Below are positions 22,131-39,000 of a DNA stretch of 64,000 bases, in pieces (the stretch's first letter is position 1; each line of letters starts with the position of its first letter). Under the pieces are notes generated by a model. That model did no database searches and was not told the origin of the DNA. It saw only the letters and a list, made by a program, of their open reading frames with translations. The DNA comes from Macrostomum lignano (lineage: Eukaryota), in NCBI GenBank assembly GCA_002269645.1, contig NIVC01001596.1, forward strand, positions 1 to 64,000, in the 5' to 3' direction. Both the position numbers and the translations under genes were made by a program.

Positions 22131-23373
22131 TATAATTTTCAAATATGATAATTGGCCAAAATGCATAGATATTTGCACTAGTGTTCTGCCATAAGGAGGG
22201 TCTATGTACCATAGCCAAGCCATAGCCGTAAGCAAAACTATGGCTTATTCCAATTATCCATATTCCATAGCCATAGAGACCCTAATATTACCATATTCCC
22301 ATAGTTCCTATAGCCATAGTCATAGTTTTAACAAAAAGTCTAGGAAACAAACATTTTAAATCAGGAAGATAACTGGTTGCTTAAACAATTGAAAATTAAG
22401 GTAGAAAATAAAACAAACACTCCATTGCCTTTATAAGATTTTCTTTCATCTTTTTACAAAGAGTAACGATACTAATCACTACTAAAAGTACTAATGCTAA
22501 ACTTTTCACATTAATAAAAGTTAGAGTTTGCTAGTGTTTTATTGTACTTTATTAGGTATAATCTAAGTTTCTATGTCTATAATATAGTTTACCAAAGTAT
22601 CTTTGTTTTACTCTACTTGTTTCTAATTTTTTAATTATTAACTGCAGCTATAGGAATCTATGGAATATGACAGCAACTACCATATTTCTATAGTCATAGC
22701 CATAAGAGCAGCTATCTACTGTAGACGTATCTACAGTAGCTAAAGATTTACTTTTTCTAAAGCACACTAATTTGCACTATCTCTTATTTGGGAATATTTG
22801 CTCAGCTTTTGCACTTAGCAAACTTTGCCACTTATGTGCTTAGCTATGATAGACTAAGTCTATCATAAGCTATGATGCTATATACAGCATTGTAGTATTC
22901 CTTTTCTCTTTTGTGTATCATATTGCCATCATACTGCAAAAAATGGCATAATTTCCAATAGGGCTTGAAACAAATTCAAACAAAAACAAAATTCAGATTC
23001 ATTAATAGTCTATAAAATTGTTTTATTGATCCATCATAAATATAAATTGTTGTTGTTACAACTTAAAAATCCATTATACTATAAGATAGGTGACTACAAA
23101 CCTGGATAGCAATAGAGGTTATACTTTAGTGCTTATTTAGCCAACTTCAACCTATTAAGTATTAGATAAAATTTGCAAAACAAATGCCATGATATAAAGG
23201 TATGAAATTGTTTGCAATGTGGTTTCTTTTTAACTGATTTTTCAATCTTCATTACTGTAAGAGTGTTTAATTCAATGCAACTAGCATCGAGGCTGCTATA
23301 AAGCTATTGAAAAAAACTAGTTGGAATTGGTAGTTTTATAACCTATCTTGTTCTAAAGTGTTTATATCAAGCC

Positions 23374-28016
<4,643 letters not shown>

Positions 28017-29630
28017 CCTTTTCAGCTTAGGGCGATGGTGATCAATTAAACTTTATTGTGTCGAATTTGTTGAGCCAGATCGTCTAAAGCTCTCTATCGC
28101 AAAGGGGATTAGGCAGTGTTTTTTTCCTGTAAGAAATCGTGCGCATAGTCAATTGGTATTGTTTACTTTTCTTTATCCAACGGCATTATTATTATTATTA
28201 ACTTAACTGTCTTTTTTCTATTGTTTAAAACAAAACAAAATATGCTAATTTTCAAAAAATATTATTAAAGTTCACTTTGACATTAAAATCTAACTTAAGA
28301 GTACAATCCGTGTACTTTAAACCCGCGAGTCTGTGGCGAGATAAATTCAAACGTAAATTCAAAGACGGCACCGTTGGCCTTTGTATTTATTGTAGAAAGT
28401 TGTGCCGTTCTGCTTTGCATGACTTTTTTCCTATTTCTTTGCTTTAAAATTTGTTCATAAAAAGACAGTCTGGCTTTTGCAAAGCGCTTAATACTCGTAT
28501 TATTCTTGTTAAAAAAAACGCACATTTGATTTAGGTTGAGTAATAGCGTCCACATTGTTGTTGCATTTTTCTTTTGAGTTCGAATTTATTATAGTTCGGC
28601 TCGTTATTCTATCCAGTTAATGCAAAACCGCGAATCAATGTCCATGAAACTGGTAATTTGTTTAAATGAAAGAGTGCCGGCTTCTATACATCCTGAGTGC
28701 CGCTGGTTATATAAGCAAGAAGCAGATACAAAAATTTGTTTTCAAGCCCGAGGCACGCGTATTTGACTAGAATGTGCATTAAATTTGACCTAGTTTCATT
28801 CTATTCCAACAAAAATATAAAACATTTTTGCAATGGTCTTACAACCACAGAATGAGAAGTTGTACGTTGGATCTGTATCAAATTTATTTGCATATTTATT
28901 ATATATTAATATATTCATAAAAACTTCCTGAATATGGAAATCAATTCGTTTATTAATTTAGTATTTCTTCAAATGTCTGCGTCTTCTTAGTTTTATTTCT
29001 TATTAGCAAAAAAATAATCATCGAATGGGACGCTGCAAGGGTTCCCTGTGATTTTTCATTTTATTTCGCTGTGCGCTGAATACAAGCCACACATCACCCG
29101 GCTATGTTTAAGAGCAAACATTTTTACATGGATCTACATCTGTATTGATCAATACTAAATTATACAAATTTCTCACTAGTGTTCTGGAATATCGAAGCAG
29201 AACGTATCCAATCTCAGTCGACGGAGTTAAAATTATGTATTAAGTAGTGGAATTACATGTAGATTGTATTGTAAACAGTTAAATACTTTTTAGTCGAAGA
29301 TAGTTATGCATTTAATAAATATTTTTTAAGATTTAATAGTTTAGATTCCCTTAGTCGCGTGTCTTCTCACTCCTGTTTAGTTTATTAGCGTAATTAAAAT
29401 AATGATAAAAATAATGTCTCTCTTTTAGAACACTATAAATTTACACACTTCTATAAACTACTTTCTTTTTTGTTAACTAACAAGATTTTTTTCTCGAGTA
29501 AAAATAATTTGTTTTGTCACGTAGCTGGGGACAATATAAATGCGCGCACCAATTTAAGTTTGTTTGTTACCTTAGCTACCAGTGACAGTCAGACATAGGA
29601 TCTTTTACTACTTTAGTAGTCTGCCCTACC

Positions 29631-32600
29631 ATGTCTACTACTATTGAGCGCGATCTAAGCATGACTGATAAGCGCATGCCCACAAATGATCTGTTTCAAA
29701 CAAGCGCAGGAGTTGGCCACCATTGGCGACCAGGATACTACTTTCCTGATTCAGGTTTTACGGTAAGCTTTATAATGATAAAAACTGTCTTTAACTGTTA
29801 CGTTTTAATTCATTATGGAGCAATTGATGTAGTAGAAATCGTATATGATTAAAGCATTATTATAACATAGAATTATTCTTTTAACTGTATTTCCGTTGCG
29901 TAAATTCTATATTGTGCAAAGTCTGTATTGTGTATATTGTATATTGTGTATAGTCTTTAAGATAGGCCTATTCACCTGACACTTTGTTGATTATATACAG
30001 AAACTTTATCTCTCAGTATTATAAACAGTTTAATAGTAGACCACTTAGAACTTTTTGTGTTTGTATGTATTTTATCACTTGACAAAAATGATCTTTTTAT
30101 TATTTTGACTTGTCTGTGACCTGTGATTAGCATTGCAGAATTAGTACATTAGGATTAGTTGTAATTTGTAAGTTAAGTTAAAGTTAATTAGAATTAGTTG
30201 TACATTAGTACACTAGGATTAGTTGTAAGTTAAAAAGCCTATGCAACTTCCAATTTGAAAAAATTCAGATTTTATTTGTGTCTTCCAATTAGTTTTAATC
30301 ATTGTTCTGCCTTTTTTCAATAAACAGCAATTAAATTTAAATCTACTATTTTAATTAGGACTAATTTAAGACCAAATTAAACCTAATGATTTTAAGACTT
30401 AGAACTTTCAAATCAACTTACTAACAATTTTTAGTTGAAAAAATTCAGATTATATTTGTGTCTTCCAATTAGTTTTAATCATTGTGTCTGCCTTTTTTTC
30501 AATAAACAGCAATTAAATTTAAATCTACTTTTTAATTAGGACTAATTTAGGACCAAATTAAACCTAATGATTTTCTTTCAAATCAACTTACTAACAATTT
30601 TTAGTCATGTTTATTGTTCTTTTGTTTATTTCTACACACTCATCATTATGTTTGCAGTGATAATTTCTTGTAGGAACCAAATTATTTCAGAATGCAAAAA
30701 TGTATATGATTATTCATTTATTCAATTTTTATATTTTAACCATCTAATTAAAATGCTTTCTTAGCCTAAATGCTATTGTTTAAATTTTTAGGCCGCATCG
30801 ACCCAGCCTCTGCCTGACGAGCTGACCAGACCTTCTAGAGTGCGACCAGATGAGCTGTACACGACCACAAGTGCCAGCGCTCACGAGCCTAAGAGGCCCA
30901 CAGCCCCACTTAATCGCGACATTGAGTTTAAGCGTGCCCCGGCTCTGTACAATGTGCACTTTCTGAAGGATCACAAAGAGAAGGTGCACACTTAGAGTTG
31001 AAAAATCTACAATCGATTTAATGGATTGCATCATTTCTCAGATAGATTGCATCATTTCTCAGATAGATTTGGTAGATCGCATCATTTCTCAGATAGATTG
31101 CATCATTTCTCAGATAGATTTGGTAGATCGCATCATTTCTCAGATAGATTTGGTAGATCGCATCATTTCTCAGATAGATTTGGTAGATCGCATCATTTCT
31201 CAGATAGATTTGGTAGATTGCATCATTTCTCAGATAGATTGCATCATTTCTCAGATAGATTGCATCATTTCTCAGATAGATTGCATCATTTCTCAGATAG
31301 ATTTGGTAGATCGCATCATTTCTCAGATAGATTTGGTAGATCGCATCATTTCTCAGATAGATTTGGTAGATCGCATCATTTCTCAGATAGATTTGGTAGA
31401 TTGCATCATTTCTCAGATAGATTTGGTAGATTGCATCATTTCTCAGATAGATTGCATCATTTCTCAGATAGATTGCATCATTTCTCAGATAGATTGCATC
31501 ATTTCTCAGATAGATTGCATCATTTCTCAGATAGATTGCATCATTTCTCAGATAGATTGCATCATTTCTCAGATAGATTTGGTAGATTGCATCATTTCTC
31601 AGATAGATTTGGTAGATTGCATCATTTCTCAGATAGATTTGGTAGATTGCATCATTTCTCAGATAGATTTGGTAGACTGCATCATTTCTCAGATAGATTT
31701 GGTAGACTGCATCATTTCTCAGATAGATTTGGTAGACTGCATCATTTCTCAGATAGATTTGGTAGATTGCATCATTTCTCAGATAGATTTGGTAGACTGC
31801 ATCGTTTCTCAGATAGATTTGGTAGATTGCATCATTTCTCAGATAGATTTGGTAGATTGCATCATTTCTCAGATAGATTTGGTAGACTGCATCATTTCTC
31901 AGATAGATTTGGTAGATTGCATCATTTCTCAGATAGATTTGGTAGATTGCATCATTTCTCAAATGTCTCGCGAAATGTCCAATCGCGAAACAAGCAAGAA
32001 TCGAACCAACGACCCTATATTTATTTCTCAGCTGGGTCACGGTGGATGGCGCCGGCCCCTCAGCCCGAGTCACCAGCTCACGGAGACCCAGGAAGAATTC
32101 CGTAACCAGCCACCCCTAAGCGAGCCAAACACCTGGGGCAGCAAGCCACAGCCATTCCTGCTCAGGTAAGTATTTTCCATATAACTGGATCCGGAAGTCA
32201 CTCTTTCTGTTCTTGAAGACCTTGAAGATCGTTGACCAATGTCCCATCGTACCAGGGACCATCACGGCGAAGGCTCCACTAAATTGGGCGTCGCCTCAAC
32301 GCAGAATCCCAAGCTGAAAGGTCGCCCGCTGTTCCCCAAGGACAAGGAGGTGCTCAGGGGCCTGGATATGTACCTAACCACCAACGATCGAGCTCACCGC
32401 CGATTCGATCCAAAGGAGTTGTCGGGCTACGCCAAGAAGGACATTGCCACCTACTGGGACTGCGAGGAATATCCTAAGGCCTGGGGCCACGGGCCTCACG
32501 AGAAGTGAGTTCAGTGTCATGCGATTCTGCCTACTCCTCCGCTGGCTCCTGAGCACGTACAAATGCACCAATACTGTACGCAGGCACAGCACTCATGCAC

Positions 32601-33946
32601 ACGCGCATACAGGATTTTTTGCAGCGGCGCCAGCAGCCCAACTCCAACCCCAACCCTAACAGCAACCCGAACTCCAACTCTAGCACCAACACCAACCCCA
32701 ACCCCAACCCCAACATCAACTACAACCCCAATCCCAACACCAACCCTAACCTCAACCCCAACCCCCTCATAAAACCCCAAAACCAACCCCCAAAACCAAC
32801 CCCAACATCAACTACAACCCCAACCCCAACACCAGCGCCAACTCCAACCCCAAAACCAACCCCAACATCAACTACAACCCCAAACCCGACACCAACCCAA
32901 CACCACCCCAACACCAACACCAACCCAACACCAAACCAACACCAACCCAACAACAACACCAACACCAACCCAACACCAACCCAGCACCAACCCAGCACCA
33001 ACCCCAACACCAATCCGCAGTCTGCTGCCGAAGCACGCTGTTCCCCGGGACCGGCTGCCCATGCGGGACGAGCTGCGCTTCAAGTCGGCCACCTCGGTGC
33101 GCCGAGTGCCGCAGAGGCTGCCGCCGCCGGCCCACACAGGCATGAAGACTCTGTACTCGGACTCGTACGCCCGGCCGTCCGATGCTCGAGTGAAGGAGGC
33201 CCGGGAGTGTCCAGTTGATACGCCGTGGATGTTGCCAGGTAATGCGGTGTGGGGGTTGGGTTTGCTATGTAGGATATTGGAGAGGCTTTTTGTGCTAGGA
33301 ATCCAAGAAATCAGCTTAGAGGTTAATCCAATCACTCTGTTGGATTAGCTAGTAGGTTAATCAAAGCACTCTTGTGGATTAGCTAGTAGGTTAATCAAAT
33401 CACTCTGGTGGATTAGCTAGTAGGTTAATCCAAGCACTTTGATGGATTAGCAAGTAGGTTAATCCAATCACTCTGTTGGATTAGCTAGTAGGTTAATCAA
33501 ATCACTCTGGTGGATTAGATGGTAGGTTAATCCAATCACTCTGGTGGATTGGCTAGTAGGTTAATCCAACCACTCTGGTGGATTAGCTAGTAGGTTAATC
33601 AAATCACTCTGGTGGATTAGCTAGTAGGTTAACCAAATCACTCTGGTGGATTGGCTAGTAGGTTAATCCAACCACTCTGGTGGATTAGCTAGTAGGTTAA
33701 TCCAATAACTCTGGTGGATTGGCTAGTAGATTGTTACAATCCCAAAATTCTAAAGAGATTAAATATATAACGCCAGGGCTATAGTGGATTGTCTGAGGTG
33801 CGTGAGTATCTAAGCTTGGCATCACGTGACCCACCTACCGCCCACCCCCCTCCGCAGCCCCGGGCGCCCGCAGCGCGATGGCCGCCCCGCAGATGTACAA
33901 GACCGAGTACCAGAGCGTAGGCAGCAAGAAAACCATCACAGTCTGA
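29631..33946 (+). CDS. Uncharacterised 337-aa protein, 6 exons, possibly a ciliary microtubule inner protein
   Basis: Exons 29631-29762, 30792-30983, 32032-32165, 32256-32504, 33021-33238, 33858-33946. All introns GT-AG, total 1014 nt, open throughout. AATAAA at 34094. Short T(T/E/L)Y-type motifs recur (LYTTTSASAH, YLTTNDRAH, MKTLYSDSY, MYKTEYQSV). No family recognised with certainty. Confidence 0.85.
30254..30604. repeat. Two-copy ~175-bp tandem duplication in intron 1 of the 337-aa gene
   Basis: ttgaaaaaattcagatt...cttactaacaatttttag occurs twice; each copy ends in TACTAAC...TTTTTAG. Confidence 0.9.
31020..31962. repeat. 21/30-bp minisatellite in intron 2 of the 337-aa gene
   Basis: Units gcatcatttctcagatagatt with or without tggtagat(t/c), about 35 copies. 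Confidence 0.97.
32636..33015. repeat. (CCAACC/CCAACA)n hexamer-type array in intron 4 of the 337-aa gene
   Basis: CA-rich 6-bp periodicity. Confidence 0.93.
33320..33730. repeat. 34-bp palindromic-unit minisatellite in intron 5 of the 337-aa gene
   Basis: Unit ggattagctagtaggttaatccaatcactctggt, about 12 copies. Confidence 0.95.
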
Positions 33947-34093
33947 GCTGTGAATCGCGAGCAGTCTGCGAGCAACATTTGTACTTTTGTTTTTTCCTGT
34001 CTTTTATTGCTAAACTATGGGAATCCATTTGTACTTATTATATACCAGTTTTTAATTTCTTCGCCTCCCTCTGCTTCTTTCTCTCTCGTGCTT

Positions 34094-34099
34094 AATAAA
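34094..34099 (+). terminator. Polyadenylation signal of the 337-aa gene
   Basis: AATAAA about 150 nt after the TGA, followed by U/GU-rich sequence. Confidence 0.6.
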
Positions 34100-34209
34100 G
34101 TTGCGTTTTTTCAAATCAGAAGCGATCGACGCTACTTTATAATATCAGAGATTTTTGGGCTAGAAATGTACGAGAATAGACTGGCTTAGTGTTTGATCCC
34201 AGGTCTCCT

Positions 34210-35700
34210 ATGGATTAGCTCTTACGTTAATCCGAGCAATCTAATGGATTAGCTCTTAGGTTAATCCGAGCAATCTAATGGATTAGCTCTTAGGTTAATC
34301 CGAGCAATCTAATGGATTAGCTCTTAGGTTAATCCGAGCAATCTAATGGATTAGCTCTTAGGTTAATCCGAGCAATATAATGGATTAGCTCTTAGGTTAA
34401 TCCGAGCAATCTAATGGATTAGCTCTTAGGTTAATCCAAGCAATATAATGGATTAGCTCGTAGGTTAACCCGAACACTAATGGATTAGCGAATGGGTTAA
34501 TCCGAGAAATCTAATGGATTAGCTCGTAGGTTAATCCGAGCAATATAATGGATTAGCTCTTACGTTAATCCGAGCAATCTAATGGATTAGCTCTTACGTT
34601 AATCCGAGCAATCTAATGGATTAGCTCTTACGTTAATCCGAGAAATCTAATGGATTAGCTCGTAGGTTAATCCGAGCAATATAATGGATTAGCTCTTACG
34701 TTAATCCGAGCAATCTAATGGATTAGCTCTTAGGTTAATCCAAGCAATATAATGGATTAGCTCGTAGGTTAACCCGAACACTAATGGATTAGCGAATGAG
34801 TTAATCCGAGCAATCTAATGGATTAGCTCTTAGGTTAATCCAAGCAATATAATGGATTAGCTCTTACGTTAATCCGAGCAATCTAATGGATTAGCTCTTA
34901 GGTTAATCCAAGCAATATAATGGATTAGCTCGTAGGTCAATCCGAACACTAATGGATTAGCGAATGGGTTAATCCGAGAAATCTAATGGATTAGCTCTTA
35001 GGTTAATCCAAGCAATATAATGGATTAGCTCTTACGTTAATCCGAGCAATCTAATGGATTAGCTCTTAGGTTAATCCAAGCAATATAATGGATTAGCTCG
35101 TAGGTCAATCCGAACACTAATGGATTAGCGAATGGGTTAATCCGAGAAATCTAATGGATTAGCTCTTAGGTTAATCCAAGCAATATAATGGATTAGCTCT
35201 TACGTTAATCCGAGCAATCTAATGGATTAGCTCTTAGGTTAATCCAAGCAATATAATGGATTAGCTCGTAGGTTAACCCGAACACTAGTTGGATTAGCTA
35301 GTGGGTTAACTGAGCAATCTAATGGATTAGCGAATGGGTTAATCCGAGCAATCTAATGGATTAGCTCTTAGGTTAATCCAAACACTAATAGATTAGCTCT
35401 TAGGTAAATCCGAATGTTAATGGATTAGCTCTTAGGTTAATCCAAACACTAATAGATTAGCTCTTAGGTAAATCCGAATGCTAATGGATTAGCTCTTAGG
35501 TTAATCCAAACACTAATAGATTAGCTCTTAGGTAAATCCGAATGTTAATGGATTAGCTCTTAGGTTAATCCAAACACTAATAGATTAGCTCTTAGGTAAA
35601 TCCGAATGCTAATGGATTAGCTCTTAGGTAAATCCGAGCAATCTAATAGATTAACGAGTGGGTTAATCCCTGTACACTGAAATCGGGATTAGCTCGTAAG
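34210..35700. repeat. 34-bp palindromic-unit minisatellite (same family as 33320-33730)
   Basis: Unit ggattagctcttaggttaatccgagcaatctaat, about 43 copies with higher-order blocks. Confidence 0.97.
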
Positions 35701-36090
35701 TTAATACCAATTAGTTGGAATTATTACAAAACAGAAACAAATTTAATGATGTTCGGCAGTGGAGAAACTTCGTTAATAGGCCTTCAAATTATTATTTATA
35801 ATTTTCAAGTACAAAAGTTCCAATTTTTCTCTTAAAAATAAACTTTTTTACAAAAAATATCGAATATTAATTAGATACCCCTTCTTTCCTTTACTGTCTA
35901 CTTTTATAAGTAGCGAGTTTAGCTTGGTTATATTATAATTAAAAAACCGGATGTTTCATGAGATTTATACCGTAAAATATTTCTTTGTTTAATTTAACAT
36001 ACATATGCCAGCTTACTTTTCACTAACTGATTGCGTGGACACTGTAATAAATTATTTTTTAAACTTTTTTCCGAGATTTCGTCACCTCAG

Positions 36091-39000
36091 CCATGTCGGG
36101 ATGCTTTCAATTTAGATTATAATATACGAAATAACAAACTAACAGGTAATATATGTGCGTCTAGTTGTAGGCGAAAATGATAATGAAATAAAAATGCTTA
36201 GAATTATTTTTACTTTTCGTTTGGTTAACTATACAAATTTGGCAGAGTACTATAGCGAGGTAACTGGTAGTCTGTTTACAATCGTTACACTATGAAATGG
36301 TTGTAATCCAGGAAACCTCAAATCTCAGAATTCTGTATTTTCAAAGTGATCCCTACAAATTTCCTTCAGTGATCCATGTAAATCCTCCTTCAGGTTTCCT
36401 TCAGTGATGCATGTAAATCCTCCTTCAGGTTTCCTTCAGTGATCCATGTAAATCCTACTTCAGGTTTCCTTCAGTGATCCATGTAAATCCTTCTTCAGGT
36501 TTCCTTCAGTGATCCATGTAAACCCTACTTCAGGTTTCCTTCAGTGATCCATGTAAACCCTACTTCAGGTTTCCTTCAGTGATCCATGTAAATCCTCCTT
36601 CAGGTTTCCTTCAGTGATCCATGTAAATCCTCCTTCAGGTTTCCTTCAGTGATCCATGTAAATCCTCCTTCAGGTTTCCTTCAGTGATGCATGTAAATCC
36701 TCCTTCAGGTTTCCTTCAGTGATCCATGTAAATCCTACTTCAGGTTTCCTTCAGTGATCCATGTAAATCCTTCTTCAGGTTTCCTTCAGTGATCCATGTA
36801 AATCCTTCTTCAGGTTTCCTTCAGTGATCCATGTAAACCCTACTTCAGGTTTCCTTCAGTGATCCATGTAAACCCTACTTCAGGTTTCCTTCAGTGATCC
36901 ATGTAAACCCTACTTCAGGTTTCCTTCAGTGATCCATGTAAATCCTCCTTCAGGTTTCCTTCAGTGATCCATGTAAATCCTCCTTCAGGTTTCCTTCAGT
37001 GATCCATGTAAACCCTACTTCAGGTTTCCTTCAGTGATCCATGTAAATCCTCCTTCAGGTTTCCTTCAGTGATCCATGTAAATCCTCCTTCATGTTTCCC
37101 TCAGTGATCCATGTAAATCCTCATTCAGGGTCCTTCTGTGATCCATGTAAATCCTCCTTCAGGGTCCTTCAGGGATCCATGTAAATCCTCCCTCAGGTTT
37201 CCTACAATGATCCATGTAAACCCTACTTCAGGTTTCCTTCAGTGATCCATGTAAACCCTACTTCAGGTTTCCTTCAGTGATCCATGTAAACCCTACTTCA
37301 GGTTTCCTTCAGTGATCCATGTAAATCCTTCTTCAGGTTTCCTTCAGTGATGCATGTAAATCCTCCTTCAGGTTTCCTTCAGTGATCCATGTAAATCCTA
37401 CTTCAGGTTTCCTTCAGTGATCCATGTAAATCCTTCTTCAGGTTTCCTTCAGTGATCCATGTAAACCCTACTTCAGGTTTCCTTCAGTGATCCATGTAAA
37501 CCCTACTTCAGGTTTCCTTCAGTGATCCATGTAAATCCTCCTTCAGGTTTCCTTCAGTGATCCATGTAAATCCTCCTTCAGGTTTCCTTCAGTGATCCAT
37601 GTAAATCCTCCTTCAGGTTTCCTTCAGTGATGCATGTAAATCCTCCTTCAGGTTTCCTTCAGTGATCCATGTAAACCCTACTTCAGGTTTCCTTCAGTGA
37701 TCCATGTAAATCCTTCTTCAGGTTTCCTTCAGTGATCCATGTAAACCCTACTTCAGGTTTCCTTCAGTGATCCATGTAAACCCTACTTCAGGTTTCCTTC
37801 AGTGATCCATGTAAACCCTACTTCAGGTTTCCTTCAGTGATCCATGTAAATCCTCCTTCAGGTTTCCTTCAGTGATCCATGTAAATCCTACTTCAGGTTT
37901 CCTTCAGTGATCCATGTAAATCCTTCTTCAGGTTTCCTTCAGTGATCCATGTAAACCCTACTTCAGGTTTCCTTCAGTGATCCATGTAAACCCTACTTCA
38001 GGTTTCCTTCAGTGATCCATGTAAATCCTCCTTCAGGTTTCCTTCAGTGATCCATGTAAATCCTCCTTCAGGTTTCCTTCAGTGATCCATGTAAACCCTA
38101 CTTCAGGTTTCCTTCAGTGATCCATGTAAATCCTCCTTCAGGTTTCCTTCAGTGATCCATGTAAATCCTCCTTCATGTTTCCCTCAGTGATCCATGTAAA
38201 TCCTCATTCAGGGTCCTTCTGTGATCCATGTAAATCCTCCTTCAGGGTCCTTCAGGGATCCATGTAAATCCTCCCTCAGGTTTCCTACAATGATCCATGT
38301 AAACCCTACTTCAGGTTTCCTTCAGTGATCCATGTAAACCCTACTTCAGGTTTCCTTCAGTGATCCATGTAAACCCTACTTCAGGTTTCCTTCAGTGATC
38401 CATGTAAACCCTACTTCAGGTTTCCTTCAGTGATCCATGTAAACCCTACTTCAGATTTCCTTCAGTGATCCATGTACATGTAAATCCTTCTTAATGGTCT
38501 TTTAGTGATCCGCCTAAATTCTCCCTAAGATTATAAATCACTTATTGTACAAAATTAATATTTTTAAAAATGCTAATCTATGCTACTGAACTGAGTAGCT
38601 TAACAGCGCATGCCCTACATTTTATCCAAATCTGCGCCAGAAACAAAATTGCCTCCAACCCTCATTGGCCCAGATTCACTGGCCAATGCAGAAGCGGTTG
38701 GCCCTAATATAATTTTGCAAACCTCGCAGGCCTCCGTGAGTTGAGGCTTGACAAAAAATCTGCAATCTGCATAGCAGAAGCTGTCAGGGCCTTCAGTCAC
38801 TCGTCAGTCAATCTCAAGACGCTTGAAAAACCTTTATTCAATAAACTTACTGAAGTTTCCCTACTATTCAGATGGTGAGTTTCTGCTGGCCATATGTTTA
38901 TTGTATATGATTTTATTTATTAAGAATCAAAGCTCTCAGGTGTGAAGTGAATCGCAACAGTGAAGAAGACGATCGGTGAGGTCTTCCGGCTCTTTTGTTG

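Noticed and set aside
32636-33015. Telomere-like or mucin-like (PT/NP)n coding repeat
   Set aside because: Not (TTAGGG)n, and it lies inside a GT-AG intron whose flanking exons join in phase.
34210-35700. CRISPR-like appearance (palindromic repeat plus spacer), also at 9365, 33320 and 55140
   Set aside because: The spacers are a few recurring variants rather than unique sequences, there are no cas genes, and the context is eukaryotic intronic or intergenic DNA.
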